NCBI GenBank assembly: GCA_010909165.1
Contig: MU008165.1
Coordinates: 930,001-994,000 of the forward strand
Direction of reading: 5' to 3'
Length of the DNA stretch: 64,000 bases
DNA from: Anthoceros angustus
Lineage: Eukaryota; Plantae; Anthocerotophyta
The position numbers and the translations under genes are program-made. The notes below the pieces were generated by a model. The model saw only the letters and a program-made list of their open reading frames with translations, did not search any database and was not told where the DNA came from. Numbering within the stretch: position 1 is the first letter of the stretch; each line of letters starts with the position of its first letter. Below are positions 25,012 to 37,410 of this stretch, piece by piece.

Positions 25012-27140
25012 GTGGGCACCATGGAGAACACTAATGCGGCAGCAGCAGGATCGGCCGCGTCTGGCTCCGCCTCCGCCTCCGCTGCAGGCCCGACTCCCGT
25101 GCCCCCGGGAGCTCCCGGCCTAGGACCGCCCTCGCTCAAGAAGCTCAAGAGGGAGGCTGCCCAGCGGCGGAAGGCGCAGGCCCGCTCCCTCAAGCTCCGT
25201 GCCGAAGAGCAAGAGCGCTTGCAACGACTGGTTAATCATTTCCCCCACCTTCCTGCCCTTTCTGTCTTCTTCCCTGACACCCGCGTGTGAAGATTGCTCC
25301 TCCCTCTCGTCGCTTCCTGCTCCCTTCTTGCTTGCTCGTCGCCCACTTCAAGATCGTCGCACTGCATGCCTGCATTTCTTGCTTCCGGTTCTTGCAACTT
25401 CTGAGCAGCGTGCGCGTACCTGGGCTGGGCTGGGCTGGGCTGGGCTGGGATTGTTGTGTGTTGGTGGTGTGCGCGCCACTGACGTTCAGGAGATTGATGC
25501 GCTGGTGGAGCAGCAGCGGTTGCAGCGGCTGGAACGGCAGCGCTGCGAGGAGGACGCCAGGCAGTTGCAGCAGCTATCGTCTGCCGGAAGCTCGCACCCG
25601 GGGCATGGATCTTTGCCCCTGTAGCAGCGGCGGTGGCCTCGGCGCAGCACGGGGCCGACCACGGCGGGGAGCGCGGGGGCAGCGCTCAGGATCCTGCCCA
25701 CAAGCTCAAGGGCTCGCCGGGGCCAAGACCGGGGATGCCGTGGTCGGGCCGTGGCCGGGGCCGTGGCCGGGGCCGGGGTCGGCTCCGGCTGCTGCTGCCG
25801 CCGGGGACGCTCCGGCCCCGCCTCCGGGGAAGAATCCAGGCAAGGGAGGCAAGGACGGCGGAGGAGGATGGAGGGGGAACAAGGAGGCGCAGAGGGCGAA
25901 GCAGGCGCAGCAGCAGAGCATGAGGGCTGCGGTTGAGAGCAGAAGACGCCTCGCCAGAGGCCCAAGAAGCGGGGTTGTGGCGGAATCGCACGCCATGCTG
26001 CCGTCTGAGGATCACCGGGTGGTCGCCACCGAGTACCAGGCCGCGGGTACTCAGGCGCTCATGCGAGTCACGCTTCTTGCTGCGGGTTTTGTGATAGGTG
26101 CCCGGGGGATCTCGGCACGGCTCATCGGACAGGTCGGGCGGCGCCGTAGCCATATCCGTAGCCATAGCCAACCGAGCTCTGAAACTCTGCTTATTCTTCT
26201 TCTTGCTTGTTTTGATGGAATGAAGGAATTCCTGGATTTGTGCGCGACGCGTTTCTCTTTGTTTGTTTGTTTGTAGGTTACGGGAGCAATCGTGCAATCC
26301 TGGACGGAGTCGTGTCGCTCGGACTCGGTGCCCATTCGGCTGTTCCGGATCCAGGGCAAGAAGGCTGTTGTGCAGGCCGCCGTGTCTCTCATCGAGCAGG
26401 CGGTGGCCAAGTACAAGGATTTGTGCGACTGCAAGCGGAGGGGGGAATTTGTGCAGAGAGAGCATGTCATCAGCGGGGTTGAGTTCTACTACCAGCCTCC
26501 GCCAAGGAAGGCGTTTGCCGTGGCTGGAGATGGTGCATGTGCTGCCGGGGCAGCGGGAGGTGCTGCTGCGAGCGGCTCTAAGGCAGGCTCTGGCGGTGTT
26601 GTTGATGGAGGGAGTCTGGTGGACGCGGTGGCCCAGGCTCAGGCCCAGGCGCAGCTTTCGTTCACCACGCACCATGTCTGGCTGCAGCATTTGCACGCTC
26701 AGCAGCAGCAGGCGGCTCACCAGCAGCAACAGGCTGTGGTGGCGGCGGCGGCCGTGGCTGCTGCAGCGTGCCAGCAGCAGCAGGCTGCTCAGCAGCAACA
26801 GGTGCATAAGTCCATGAAACAGCTCGCTCATGATGTGTCGGCAGCCGGCCATGGCCAGCAGCCGAATGATGCTCTCAAGGCTGCCGTGATTGCTGCTCAG
26901 TCGCTGCATAGTCCGGGGCAGGGATTGGGGCAGACGCAGGCATTGCACAGCTCGGTCTCAACGTTGCATGGGCTTGAGGTGGGGCAGAATCAAGGGGGAA
27001 ACCGCTCGCCCATGGTTCAGAGAGCTGGAGGGGCGCCGCTGCAGAGTAATGGCTTGTTTGATTGGCAGCATCAAGGTCAGCAGCAGCAGCAGCAGCAAAC
27101 TGCAGCTCAAGTGGTAGCAGCTCAGCCTCCACAGCCACAA

Positions 27141-27196
<56 letters not shown>

Positions 27197-28513
27197 ACAG
27201 CAGCAGCAGCAGCAGCAGCCACAGCAGCAGCAGCAGCAGCAGAAGCAGCAACCAGATCCTCATGATTCGAAACTGGATAAGACTACTGTAAGGTGTGCGG
27301 CTGAGCTAGAGCTGATTGATCAGGGGTTGCAACAATCTGTGGCCTCGTTGGAACAAGCCCTCCACCAAGTCCGCTTGGAGCAAAGGCTATTACAGTATAA
27401 TCGTGGTGTAGGTGCTGCTGAGACTGACAGACTGAATGTGAAGCAGTGTGCGAGTGGGAATGCCATGAACGGGGCGGGGCCCCCTTTGTTATCATCGGGG
27501 CTGGTATCTGCAGCTGGTAACCCGGCGGGGGGAGTAAGCTTATGGTCCGATGTTCTCGGCGGGCATACCAGCAGCACCCACAGCTCCGGCCACACGAACG
27601 GGCATGGCGTTGTTGCAGTTGGCAAAGGCTCCGAATCTGGATCCTTCCAGCTAAGTTCCAGCCTCTTCAGTATTTTTGGGAATGGAGGGCTGCCAAATCC
27701 TATCAGCACCAGCAGTCAGCTTGACTGCCGCTTGGATACAGGTTCCGCTGTTGGTGGGTTGTTGAGTTCAGGTGTATCTAACGGCGGCGGACTATCGGCT
27801 GCCGTTGGTCCTTTTGACTTTCCGAGGAATGACTTTCTGAGAGAGAGCTTGCCAGCATTTCCATTTGCAGCACCACCTCATAGGGATGTTGGACCTAGCT
27901 CCATGTTGCCTGACTTCAGCCTCTATGGACACAATCAGATTGATCCGGAGGACCTTTGTGTTGTTTGTCTTAATCAGCCTGCAGGAGTGCGCCTCATGGT
28001 ACCAACTCATTCATTCATTTGCTCAGATAGGATGGTGGTTGTCGTGTAATGTCTAGGTGGGCAGAAAGGGTTCAAAGGATCAAGGACTAGACAGGATAAA
28101 CAGAAAGGTGAATGAGAGAGAGGGAGAGAGCGTCATGGTAAGCTGAACGTCACCGTACTTTCTGGAAAGAGCCCCTTAAAAGCATTTGTGCTCCGACATC
28201 TTGTAACAACTTGGCAGATCATACTAACACATGCAGTGTTTTGGGTTCTTTTGGCCAGGCATGTGGGCATACGTCGCTTTGTTTGAAGTGTGCCCCGGGG
28301 CTAGTCAATTGCCCCCTGTGCCAGGAAAAGATTGTGGGTTTGCAGCATTTTGGTAACAACGGCAATGCATCGCGAGGGGTGAGCGGAGGGCCACTTTCAG
28401 CTGCCAATGGCGTTTCCGGTGCAGGAGGAGCAAGTCGTCCTCCGGTACCGGCCAAGCTCAACGGCTCCTCTTCCTACCATTTGTGGAATTGGGTTCCAGG
28501 GGCGTCTGTCTGA
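25012..28513 (+). CDS. KH-domain, polyQ, C-terminal C3HC4 RING protein. Exons 25012-25230, 25490-26132, 26277-27998, 28259-28513; one frameshift in exon 2
   Basis: KH GxxG loop AGFVIGARGISARLIGQ|VTGAIVQSW joined across a GT-AG intron; RING CVVC-x11-CGH-x3-CLKC-x6-CPLC joined across intron 3; Q/A-rich linker. Confidence 0.8.
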
Positions 28514-29401
28514 CAGAGCCCCGCATCAACCTCACATTCCTTTCCTGTTGGCCCCTGTGTACTGATGATGGCTCTGTACACTTTGATTTATGCCATTGGA
28601 GTTGATGTATGGACGATTGTTATGATATTGTTGGTGCGGAGTTGTGATTTCTACTGATGTGGTTTGTCAAGGAGAAAGCTCATGAGAGTCTATATTGACA
28701 CACCCTTCATATTGACAGAAAGCTCATCTTAGCTGGGACATTGCCAGGATCCCTGGTAACTTGTTTGATTGTAAAAGTTGCAATGAATGTATTGGTCTAT
28801 GTGAGCGTGAACCTCAATTGTGGTTCCTATGAAGCACGTCTCCCGGATGCTCACTTTCTTGACTCAAGAAGTTGGGTCCTTGTTTCTTTTGAGGAAGAGG
28901 GCTGGCAGGAAGTTGGTGCCAGTTGTCTGTGTTGGCAACCAGTTGGTATCTTGATTTGGATGGCATCTGCAGCAAAGTGTTGGTACATTCAATTGGAGGG
29001 AACCTGGAGCAAAGCTTTCCTGCAGAAGGAATCCATTGTCTGATCGACTTATTGTAGAAGAGCAGCTTACTTTGAAGACTGTTTCTAGATGCTGGCAACA
29101 GTAATTATCTCCACCCAGCCTCTCTTTTCCGGGCCTGAAAAGAGATCTGTAGAAAGTTTATGCTTGAGAGCGGTACTTGGTTGCGGATGGTCTCTACCGA
29201 GTCTGTAACATTGAATTGGCTTGTAGAAATTTCCCTCCATAGAAGCGGAGGGAAGCAGCACAAGTGGTCTCAGAAACCCTGGTGGCCTTCTATCCGAAAA
29301 ATCTGCTCTTTGTCTGTGAGCAGTCTGCACACTAGGTGTAGACATCTAGTTTGTGAAACGACTTCCGAAACAATTGTGGAACAACAGTACTACTATCTAG
29401 G

Positions 29402-31641
29402 CTAGTACTCCTGAATGGCCTCAATCCTAATGGGAACGCCGTTGTTGGGGCATGGCAGTCCTGAAAAGTCTCGCCCGCTGTCCGGCTCCGCGACTGACCA
29501 ACTGATCCAACGTTTCCACACGAACATCTTAAGTCAGTCACGCTTGGCAAGCAGAAGGGTCATTTCCAGCGAGATCACTTGCTAAGAAATGCAGCTCACC
29601 TGAACTTGAGCATCATGTGATGAAGAAAGACTTTTATTTCCATGAGCGCCAGGTCTTTACCGAGACACATCCTCTGTCCGCTTCCGAAGGGAAGCAGCGT
29701 GAAGGGCTTCGGGGGCGCCTGCCAGTCAGCAAGTAGAGGCAAACAAGATGAGTTTCTCCACCAAGCTTGAACGTTCTGTGAATTCATAGGTGAATTCCAA
29801 CTTTGACCAGGACCAGAAATGCTTACATCGAAACGAGAAGGGTTGAACTTCTCCGGGTCTTCAAAGGTCTCTCCGCTGTGGTGCAAGTTGTGGGTGTCGT
29901 GCACAAGATTCCAGCCCTTAGGGATGTGATAGCCTGCACCATAATGCCCAATTTAATGAGGTTGCCGCACGCCTAGCCCGAAAGAATTGATGTACAAGTC
30001 TTTCTGGCAAACAGCATCTTCAACTACGCAGGTTGCAGTTGGTTAGCATACACACCGTTGAAGGTGAAGTCCTCCTTGACTTGTCTGTGCCACCAGAATG
30101 TAAGAGAGGAAATTCGGAGTGCCTCATTGATTACCTGCACAGGACGGCTCAATGCTCAGTTCCTCTGTGCATGCGTCGTGGACTACGGATGCATCCCGAT
30201 TGTCAAATCAGTAGTCGATCACTTACTTTGAGACTGTAGCTCATTGGCTGGCCGAGGTCCGCCCATGTGAGGGACTCTCCAGCTTGCTTACCACTTCGGA
30301 TTGCCTTGTTCTCAGCCTGCGCAACCCATTACCCGGAAGGCGGAAAATGTGAGGTAATGCAGGGAGTGTACTTGTAACGAGGGGAACGAAGGGAGTGAAA
30401 GAGTACTGACGATGAGCTTCTCTCTGACGTCGGGATTCTCATGGAGCAGTTTGGCTAGCCAGGTGAGGGTGTTGGTGGATGTTTCGTGCCCGGCAATGAT
30501 CATGGTGAACAGGTTATCTCTCAGCTCGCCGTCTCCCAGGGCAGGCTTGGTGCTAGACGATTCCGGGTCCACAGCATTCATCATGTCCGTCAAGAGGTCC
30601 TGCCGCACAACCTGACCGCTCCTCCTGAGCGCAAACTCAGTGTCGAACATTTTTCCCAGCTCCTTCCTCGCCTGCAGGCCAACCCACATCAAAATGTCCA
30701 CATTGTTGTCAAAGAGTGCCGGAGGATCATGCGCAGCTACCTGGCTGTCCGATGGAAAAACATACTATTGCTTGCAAGCAACAGCACATAGTACTATTAC
30801 CGTATAATAGTACTACCTGCATGGCCTTGTGATAGGCGAATCCTGGAAGATTGATGGGAACTCTGAACAGATTGGTGCTCAGGATTCTGCTCAGCTCCAA
30901 GCTCCTCTCACGCTCAGGACCGGGCCCCCAGCTCAGCACGACGCCCACAATCACGTTGTATGTGAACTGCAGCAGGGAGCACCCATACTAAGAATTTGTG
31001 CTAGCTAGCACACAGGCTACAGAGATGACCATCATTTCATCAGTGAAAAATGCTCTGACTGCAGCAATGTAGAATAGTACAGTCTAGCGCACCCTGGTGG
31101 ACTCATCTTTGACGCTGGGAACATCCCCCACTTTCCAGCCGTTCAGCGTCTCCAGAGCGATCTGCTCCACCACCGGCAGGTACTTCCTGATGCTCTCTCC
31201 CATGAAGGTCTCGTTGAACATCCTCCGGTAGCGCTTGTGCTTGGCGCCGTGCAGGTTGAGCAACGACTCCTCGCCCAGCAGCTTGATGGTAGGCAAGAAC
31301 TGGTGCGCCTGCACCAGCTTGTCCTCGCTGCTGCTCAGCAGCTTGGCCGCCTCCACGCCCCGGAAAAACACGTACGGAGTCCCGAAGATGTGCGACTTGA
31401 ACACGTTTCCATACCTCCGGAATCGCTTCAGCCCGAATTGCTCCACGGCGCCGTCCTTGAAGTGGCCCAGCACCTCCAGCGTCTCGCCCAGCAGCGGCCA
31501 GCCCATGCTCCCCGGCAGCTGCTTCGACCCTTTGGGCGAATACTTCCCTCTCCGTTCCCAGTATCTCCACACTGGCCACGCCACAGCCAGCAGCACTATC
31601 GCCACCGCAATCTCCACACCCAACACTGCTGTGGCGTCCAT
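29402..31641 (-). CDS. Cytochrome P450, CYP85 clan, copy 1 (8 exons)
   Basis: LPGSMGWPLLGET, MIIAGHETS, NEALR, FNPSRF and FGSGQRMCLG; exon 1 is 549 nt as in copy 2; ends ...AIQEY-stop. Confidence 0.93.
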
Positions 31642-32043
31642 GGTGGAAATAGCCCAACCAATGCTGCCCAATGCAGGCCCCGGCAAGTGCGTCCTGCGTG
31701 AATGCGCAACAACCAAGTTCCAGCCTTCAAGTCAGAATCGATCGACTGAAGATGCCTGTCGACTCGATTGCGGTTGCAATGGATCTCGAGTCGATTCCCT
31801 TTTCTAGTGGAATGGCCCCCGGCAGTTCTACGGCACCGGCTGGCCGGTGAGCAGATCGGGTGACAGCTTTGACGCTCGGCTGCCGGGTCACCTCGTCTCC
31901 GACTTCGGTGAAGTTGTGCAGACACTTCCATGAACTTCAAGTTGTCGTTGCCAGAGTCGAGGCTATTTTTAGTGTATGTCGGACTTCAGTTAAGCCCAGT
32001 GACAAACTACAAAAGCCTTCCATGGAAAGTTGTCTCCCAGCCT

Positions 32044-32240
32044 GATGAAGAAAAAGAAGAAAAATTTTATTGAAGTCCACTAAGGACGGATTTCCGTTAT
32101 TGGACTTGGTACTTAACAACTTGTACCATGGTGTGCCTAAGCTACTTGCACCAAGGGCATCCACTTCCTTTAGGGACCCCATCTAAGTACCGATCTAGGC
32201 TCAGGATGCTTGCGTTCTTATAAATGTGTGTCCATGAGCT
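32044..32240 (-). mobile_element. Short structured retroposon-like repeat with AATAAA and (TTC)n tail
   Basis: Reverse complement matches 40690-40872. Confidence 0.65.
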
Positions 32241-32586
32241 TCCACCCATAACGAATGGCGAGCGAAGTGGTTGATTATCAAGCCTTGTTCCAGCAGCACC
32301 TTGATTAGCAAGCATCAAAACTTGTGCAAGCAGCGACTTGATTATCAAAACTGGTTCAAGCAGTACAACATCGCTTTCATGCCACACGGTGGTAGCAATG
32401 CTCGAAGTTTCACGATGCATGTCGAATGAGCTGATAAGTGGCATTTGACATGTAAGCTGCAACTCACTATATGTATGTAAGCATGGTGTAATGTGCATCG
32501 TGAAAAAATGAGGCCTGGCCTTAGATGCGAAGAAGGCTTAAGCTTCATCGGGATGCTCCCTCCGTGGCTCACTTGCTTTCCTGCTT

Positions 32587-35500
32587 CTAGTTCTTAGGTT
32601 GAAAAACTTTCGTCCTTAGGGGGCGCCTATTGATCTTCTTCTGAAGGGTTTTGCTGATATCAGCAACAGGCTCGGCCTGCTTGGGAGCTTCATTGCCTGC
32701 TCGCTTCCTTTTGGCCGGTGGCTGGTAAGTGACCTGCAGCAGCTCTTCTACAGAGACAGGCTTGGTGAGCTCCTCCACAAGCGGAGGGTCCCTAGACAGC
32801 AGGCTCAGTGGCGGGAACACTTTGAGCCAATGATGTGCCTGATCGCCATCAGCACTGGGCAGAAGCTTCTTCCTGTCCAGGTAGGCGATCTCTGCTGACA
32901 GACGGTCACCGAAGGACAAGTTGTGGTTGTCTGCGTGTGAAGAAGGGAAGTCACCCTGCCCATGCAAACGGCTGCTCTGCTCCAGATAGTCAAACATGCA
33001 AGCTACAATATGGGATGAGAGCTCTTGTCCGTAGAGTTGGCCACCCTTTGGGAAACGCCTGAAGTAGGCCAGCACCTGGAGCAGCATGTTCCGAGTAGGT
33101 GCCTTAGGCGAGGAATCCAAGGGCTCCAAAAGCGGCAGCAGAGTAGTAGAGACAGCCCGGTGACGATTACTGTGGCCTGAAGTCAAGTCTACCATGCCTG
33201 AAGACGAATCAGAGCAGAAGACATCCCTAAAATGCTGGCACCGGCGGCTTTTCACAGTCACTGCCATCCTCTCCTTCGCCTCCATGCCAGCAGCTAGGTA
33301 CTCCCGGATCTCTTCCTGGTGCATGAAAGCAAGCCCGCAGGAGCCACAGCAAACCACGGCAGGGCTCAACATGTGCGCAGGGGAGAAGCAGGGCACCACC
33401 TCCCTGTGCACCCGTTCCTCAATGCTGCGAACATGCTGGTTGAGCTGTGCCAACAACTCAAGCACGTCTTCCTTCCCGATTGCCCTGGGGAGGCAAACGC
33501 CTTCCAAACCAGAGGATGCTTGCCGGCCAGGTCCCGGATGAAAGCCTCAGTAGAGTGCTGGTAGTCCAGGTCAGTCAGCAGCGAGTACATCAACACCGTC
33601 ACCATCCCCAACGAAACCCCAACCACACTAGCAGGCTCCTGACCCAAAATCCACATCAACCGCTCGAAACCCACTATCCTGAAGACAGTGCGGAGAAACC
33701 TGGACCCCGCCACAGATCCAAGCACCCGCCCGTCCCTTCACAGGAACCCCGATGGGGTATCATATAAATCCGACTCCAAAATCCGAGGCAGATGCTCCAC
33801 AATCTCGTGCTTCCTCTTCTCCCTATCCTTGCACCACCCCAAAACCCGCCCCACCACGGTCTTGAACAGCATCCTGTTCACGACATTCCCCACATCCTCA
33901 ACCTGAAAGCTCCTCTCCTCATCCCCAACTGAGCCAGAGCAGAGATGGACACCAAGCTTTTGTTCCGCAGCGGAACCAGCAGCCCTTCCAACTCCTCAAA
34001 CCCCTCCCCCTCAGCCTGGAACAAATCCGAGATAGCCTCCAACAGCGGCTTGCTCCGGAACCCAACACCCTGAAAATTGACACGAACCTTAGGAACATAC
34101 TCCGCCTCCAAAAAATCCAACGCCTCCACTCCACTCCATCCTCGCCCTCTCACGTCATCGAAAACTGCCAACAGCGCCTGCAACTCGATCCCCAGCTCCT
34201 TCCCATCAAACAGCCAGTGGCTCACATTGGCCGCCAGCCTCGCCGCATTCACCGTGCTGTACTTCACTACCGGCAAGACGGTAGCAATCTTCTGCCGGCT
34301 GTAAGGGCAGGGAGCACCGCTGGACGCCAGGAAGGATGCGCAGAAAACGCAAAGAGACGAATTCGGGAGGTACGTCCTGTTCGTGCTCCCCAATGAGAAG
34401 GCATCGTTCAGAGCCGCATCGCTGGTGTTGCTGGCAACCACCTCATCCGGGATGGCGCAAGACAGCAGCCCTTGCGGCTTCGTCTCCGTGCAAACATCGC
34501 ATTCCACTTCATGAGCTCCATCAAACTCCCACGCCGCCTCGTCATAGCTCTGCGTCTTGGCTCCCTTCGCCCTTCTCGCTCTGTTGGAGTTGAGGGCCTT
34601 CGAGAGGCTCTGCAAAGAGTAGTCCGTGCGGTGATCCCCGTCCGCCAGCCTCGATGCCAGGGAGTTGTACCTGGCTTCCACAGCGCGGGAAGCCTGCTGC
34701 ACCGCCCGCCGGTGCTGATCCTCGTGGTGGAACAGCTGGGTCGTGATCCCAGCCAGCTCCTGCTGGACGGGCCTCCGCCTTGCCGGGTCCTGCTCCTGGA
34801 TCAGGAGCTGGTAAAGCTCGTCCGCCCTCCGCCTGCTGTGCTGGATCCCCGCCTCCTCTCCCCGCAGCTGCCTCAGCCGGTTCGTGCTCTGCTCCAACGC
34901 GCGGGCGTGCCAGAGGCCCAGCATCTCCCGGAACAGCCCGCTCTGGGTCCTGTTCTGCACCTCGCCCACTACCTCCTCCAGGAAACCCGCGGTTCCGTCC
35001 AGGAAGCTCCCGCACTCGGGGTCATCTGCCGGCAAGGACGCCAGCTTCTCCGCAAATGCGGCTCGGACTCTGTCCAGGCTGAAGCTGCGGCCTCCGGCAA
35101 CCACCACAGGGCTGGCCTCCGCCGCGGCCTGCCACAGGGCGCTGCGGGCCTCCACCCGCCTGGGGAGGGACATCTTGCGCAGATCTTGAGGCTGGACGAT
35201 GGGAAAATCCTCCCAGCAAGACTCCGGCCCGATCTCCAAGGGGGGATCCGGGAGGGCTCCGTCCTGCGCGGAGGGATCTCCTTTGCACTGCTTGAGCAGC
35301 AGGCGGAGGGAAGTGCCATCCCAGTGGAAGATGGCGACCCGGCCGAACACCCGGAACATGAAGGGGGCGAAGACGGGGAGATTCAATTCCGCTGGCACCT
35401 TTGATGCCGACACATACACCGCCACCACGTTCACCAGGCCCGATCTGGTGACATTCTCCTTCAGGTTTGACACCTCCCACGGGGTGATCTCCCCATCCGT

Positions 35501-35845
35501 GGTGATGAAGAGGGTCTTGCATGCCCTGCTCTTGTCCTCGAGCAGGAGGGGGAAGATGCAGGAGGGAGAGGTGCCGCCTTCGGAGTCGATGCTTCCCAGC
35601 CGCTGCCGCTCTGCGACCGAGTTCCATGCGATCACCTCCGCATCTTCCCCCCAGATGGAGGCCACCAGGCTCTTGCTGACCTCCAGCACCGACCTGTCCG
35701 ATGGGAGACGGGAGCACGTAGATCCGGAATTGTCTATGGCCACTTGGCAGAATCCATCCTCCAGCACCGGCACCAGATCGTCGTCTTGGGCAACTTGCCT
35801 CTCCTCCTCCCTCTCCGGCTCTGCCAAGAGCTGGAAGAACTCCAT
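32587..35845 (-). CDS. Intronless ~1,080-aa VWA-domain / Cys-rich protein, copy 1 (homopolymer frameshifts)
   Basis: MIDAS-like DNSGST...GGTSP...ITTDGE; coiled-coil-like middle; CDVC, CVFC and CPYSR; C-terminal CCGSCG and HFRDVF...TSGHSNRHRAV. ORF pieces 33878-35845, 33366-33725 and 32587-33507. Confidence 0.75.
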
Positions 35846-35914
35846 GGCGCCTGAATCAGACGCCCACACCACTTCCAGCTCCTGAGCCCAGCTGAATTCC
35901 TGCGAGAGAGAACA

Positions 35915-36265
35915 GGCAAGCTTAGGAGGCGCCAAGCAAGCAGGCTTAGGAGGCGCCAAGCGAGCAAGCAGGCAAGCAAGCTTAGGAGGCGGCAAGCGAG
36001 CAAGCAGGCAAGCAAGCTTAGGAGGCGCCAAGCGAGCAAGCAGGCAAGCAAGCTTAGGAGGCGCCAAGCGAGCAAGCAGGCAAGCAAGCTTAGGAGGCGC
36101 CAAGCGAGCAAGCAGGCAAGCAAGCCTAGGAGGCGCCAAGGAAGCAAGCAGGCAAGCAGGCAAGCAGGCAAGCAAGCTTAGGAGGCGCCAAGCAAGCAGG
36201 CAAGCAAGCTTAGGAGGCGCCAAGCAAGCAGGCAAGCAAGCTTAGGAGGCGCCAAGCAAGCAAGC
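35915..36265. repeat. Minisatellite (GCAAGCAAGCTTAGGAGGCGCCAAG core, ~27-35 bp units)
   Basis: About 11 tandem copies, ~70-420 bp upstream of the copy-1 VWA start codon; absent upstream of copy 2. Confidence 0.9.
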
Positions 36266-36699
36266 CATATGTCATGGAGAGCAAGCCACACGTCAGCAAA
36301 TCACCATGGTTCGAACCATCCTTTACGTGCCTGGTTCCAACTTCCAACTGTGTTGTAGTGTTGAACGAATTGTAAGTTGCTGACCGGCACCGTCGACCTC
36401 CGACTTGATTGCTGGATTGCTGGGCAAGACAAGACCGAGTAAAACAGTCTCAGGGGAATGTTCTATATTGCACCGATATACAGAAGGAGAGCCTCTAGAG
36501 AAAAGCTTTTAAAATCCACCGTTCGTTACTGGGGCGTTATACAAGCTAACCAAAAACTTTCCTTCTTCTCCTAACTAATTTCAGTTTGTCTATGAAATGA
36601 GTACCTAACAGGCGCTTGCATTCCTTGCATCTTGCATGTGGCGGTTCTTGTGGGGCGGGCTTGCTGCCAAAGCCAAAGCCTTCTGCATGTCAATATAGG

Positions 36700-37001
36700 G
36701 ACCTTCTTATACATGTGTGTCCAAATGGCTCAGGCCATATGGATACACAAGTATACATAAATTTTTTTATTTATTTATCTATAAAAATATGGCTTCTAAG
36801 CATCCTAGGCTTAGATCGGTACTGAGATGGGGTACCAAGAGGGAGTGGAGGCCCTTGGTGCAATTAGGCACACCATGGTTAAGTACCAAATCCCATAGTC
36901 CGTCCAAGTGGACTGTAATACATATGTACAAATGGGTGTCCAAATGGCTTAGGCCAAAATGGACACACATTTATAAGAACGAACGTCGTTATTAAGCATC
37001 T
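36700..37001 (+). mobile_element. Short structured repeat family, left of kinase cassette copy 3
   Basis: GTGTCCAAATGGCTTAGGCCAAAATGGACAC hairpin and CTTAGATCGGTAC..AGATGGGG core; the family resumes at 40284. Confidence 0.65.
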
Positions 37002-37410
37002 GGCTCATGATTCAAAACATTCGCACACCCTTGGTGTGGTCGTCCCACAAGCACGTTGAGCAGCCCGCTTAGAGCCAGCAGAAATCAGGGTTTGCGAACC
37101 CGTCAAGATTCTAACATGTGATTTAGTAACTATAATATGCGTAGCTATAGAATAAGAAATTGTCCCGATGCTATTATGCCATGCTATGACAATGACCAAA
37201 ACAGCACTCACAGGCTAAACACGTAGCGATATACTCCAATCTCAGCTTCACTACATCAATTTTCATGACCGCTTGCATGGCTTGAAGACTTTCACAAGAA
37301 AGAGGCCAAGAGTGGTTTAATGAAATTATGAATAAAGTTAAAATAAAAAATCATTATATTAAAAATATATAATACAAATAAAAGTTCCTATATAATAAAA
37401 TTACTATCTT

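Noticed and set aside
25486-27709. Antisense ORFs over the KH-RING gene and similar shadows over the P450/VWA genes
   Set aside because: Shadow frames of GC-rich coding sequence and CAG repeats.
32042-32048. CTGATGA as a hammerhead ribozyme core
   Set aside because: Present next to only one copy of the repeat family, in flanking sequence, with no matching stems and GAAA.
33878-36235. 785-aa ORF as the true VWA N-terminus
   Set aside because: The extension is minisatellite read-through from a non-ATG start. Copy 2 shares only the ATG at MEFFQLL.
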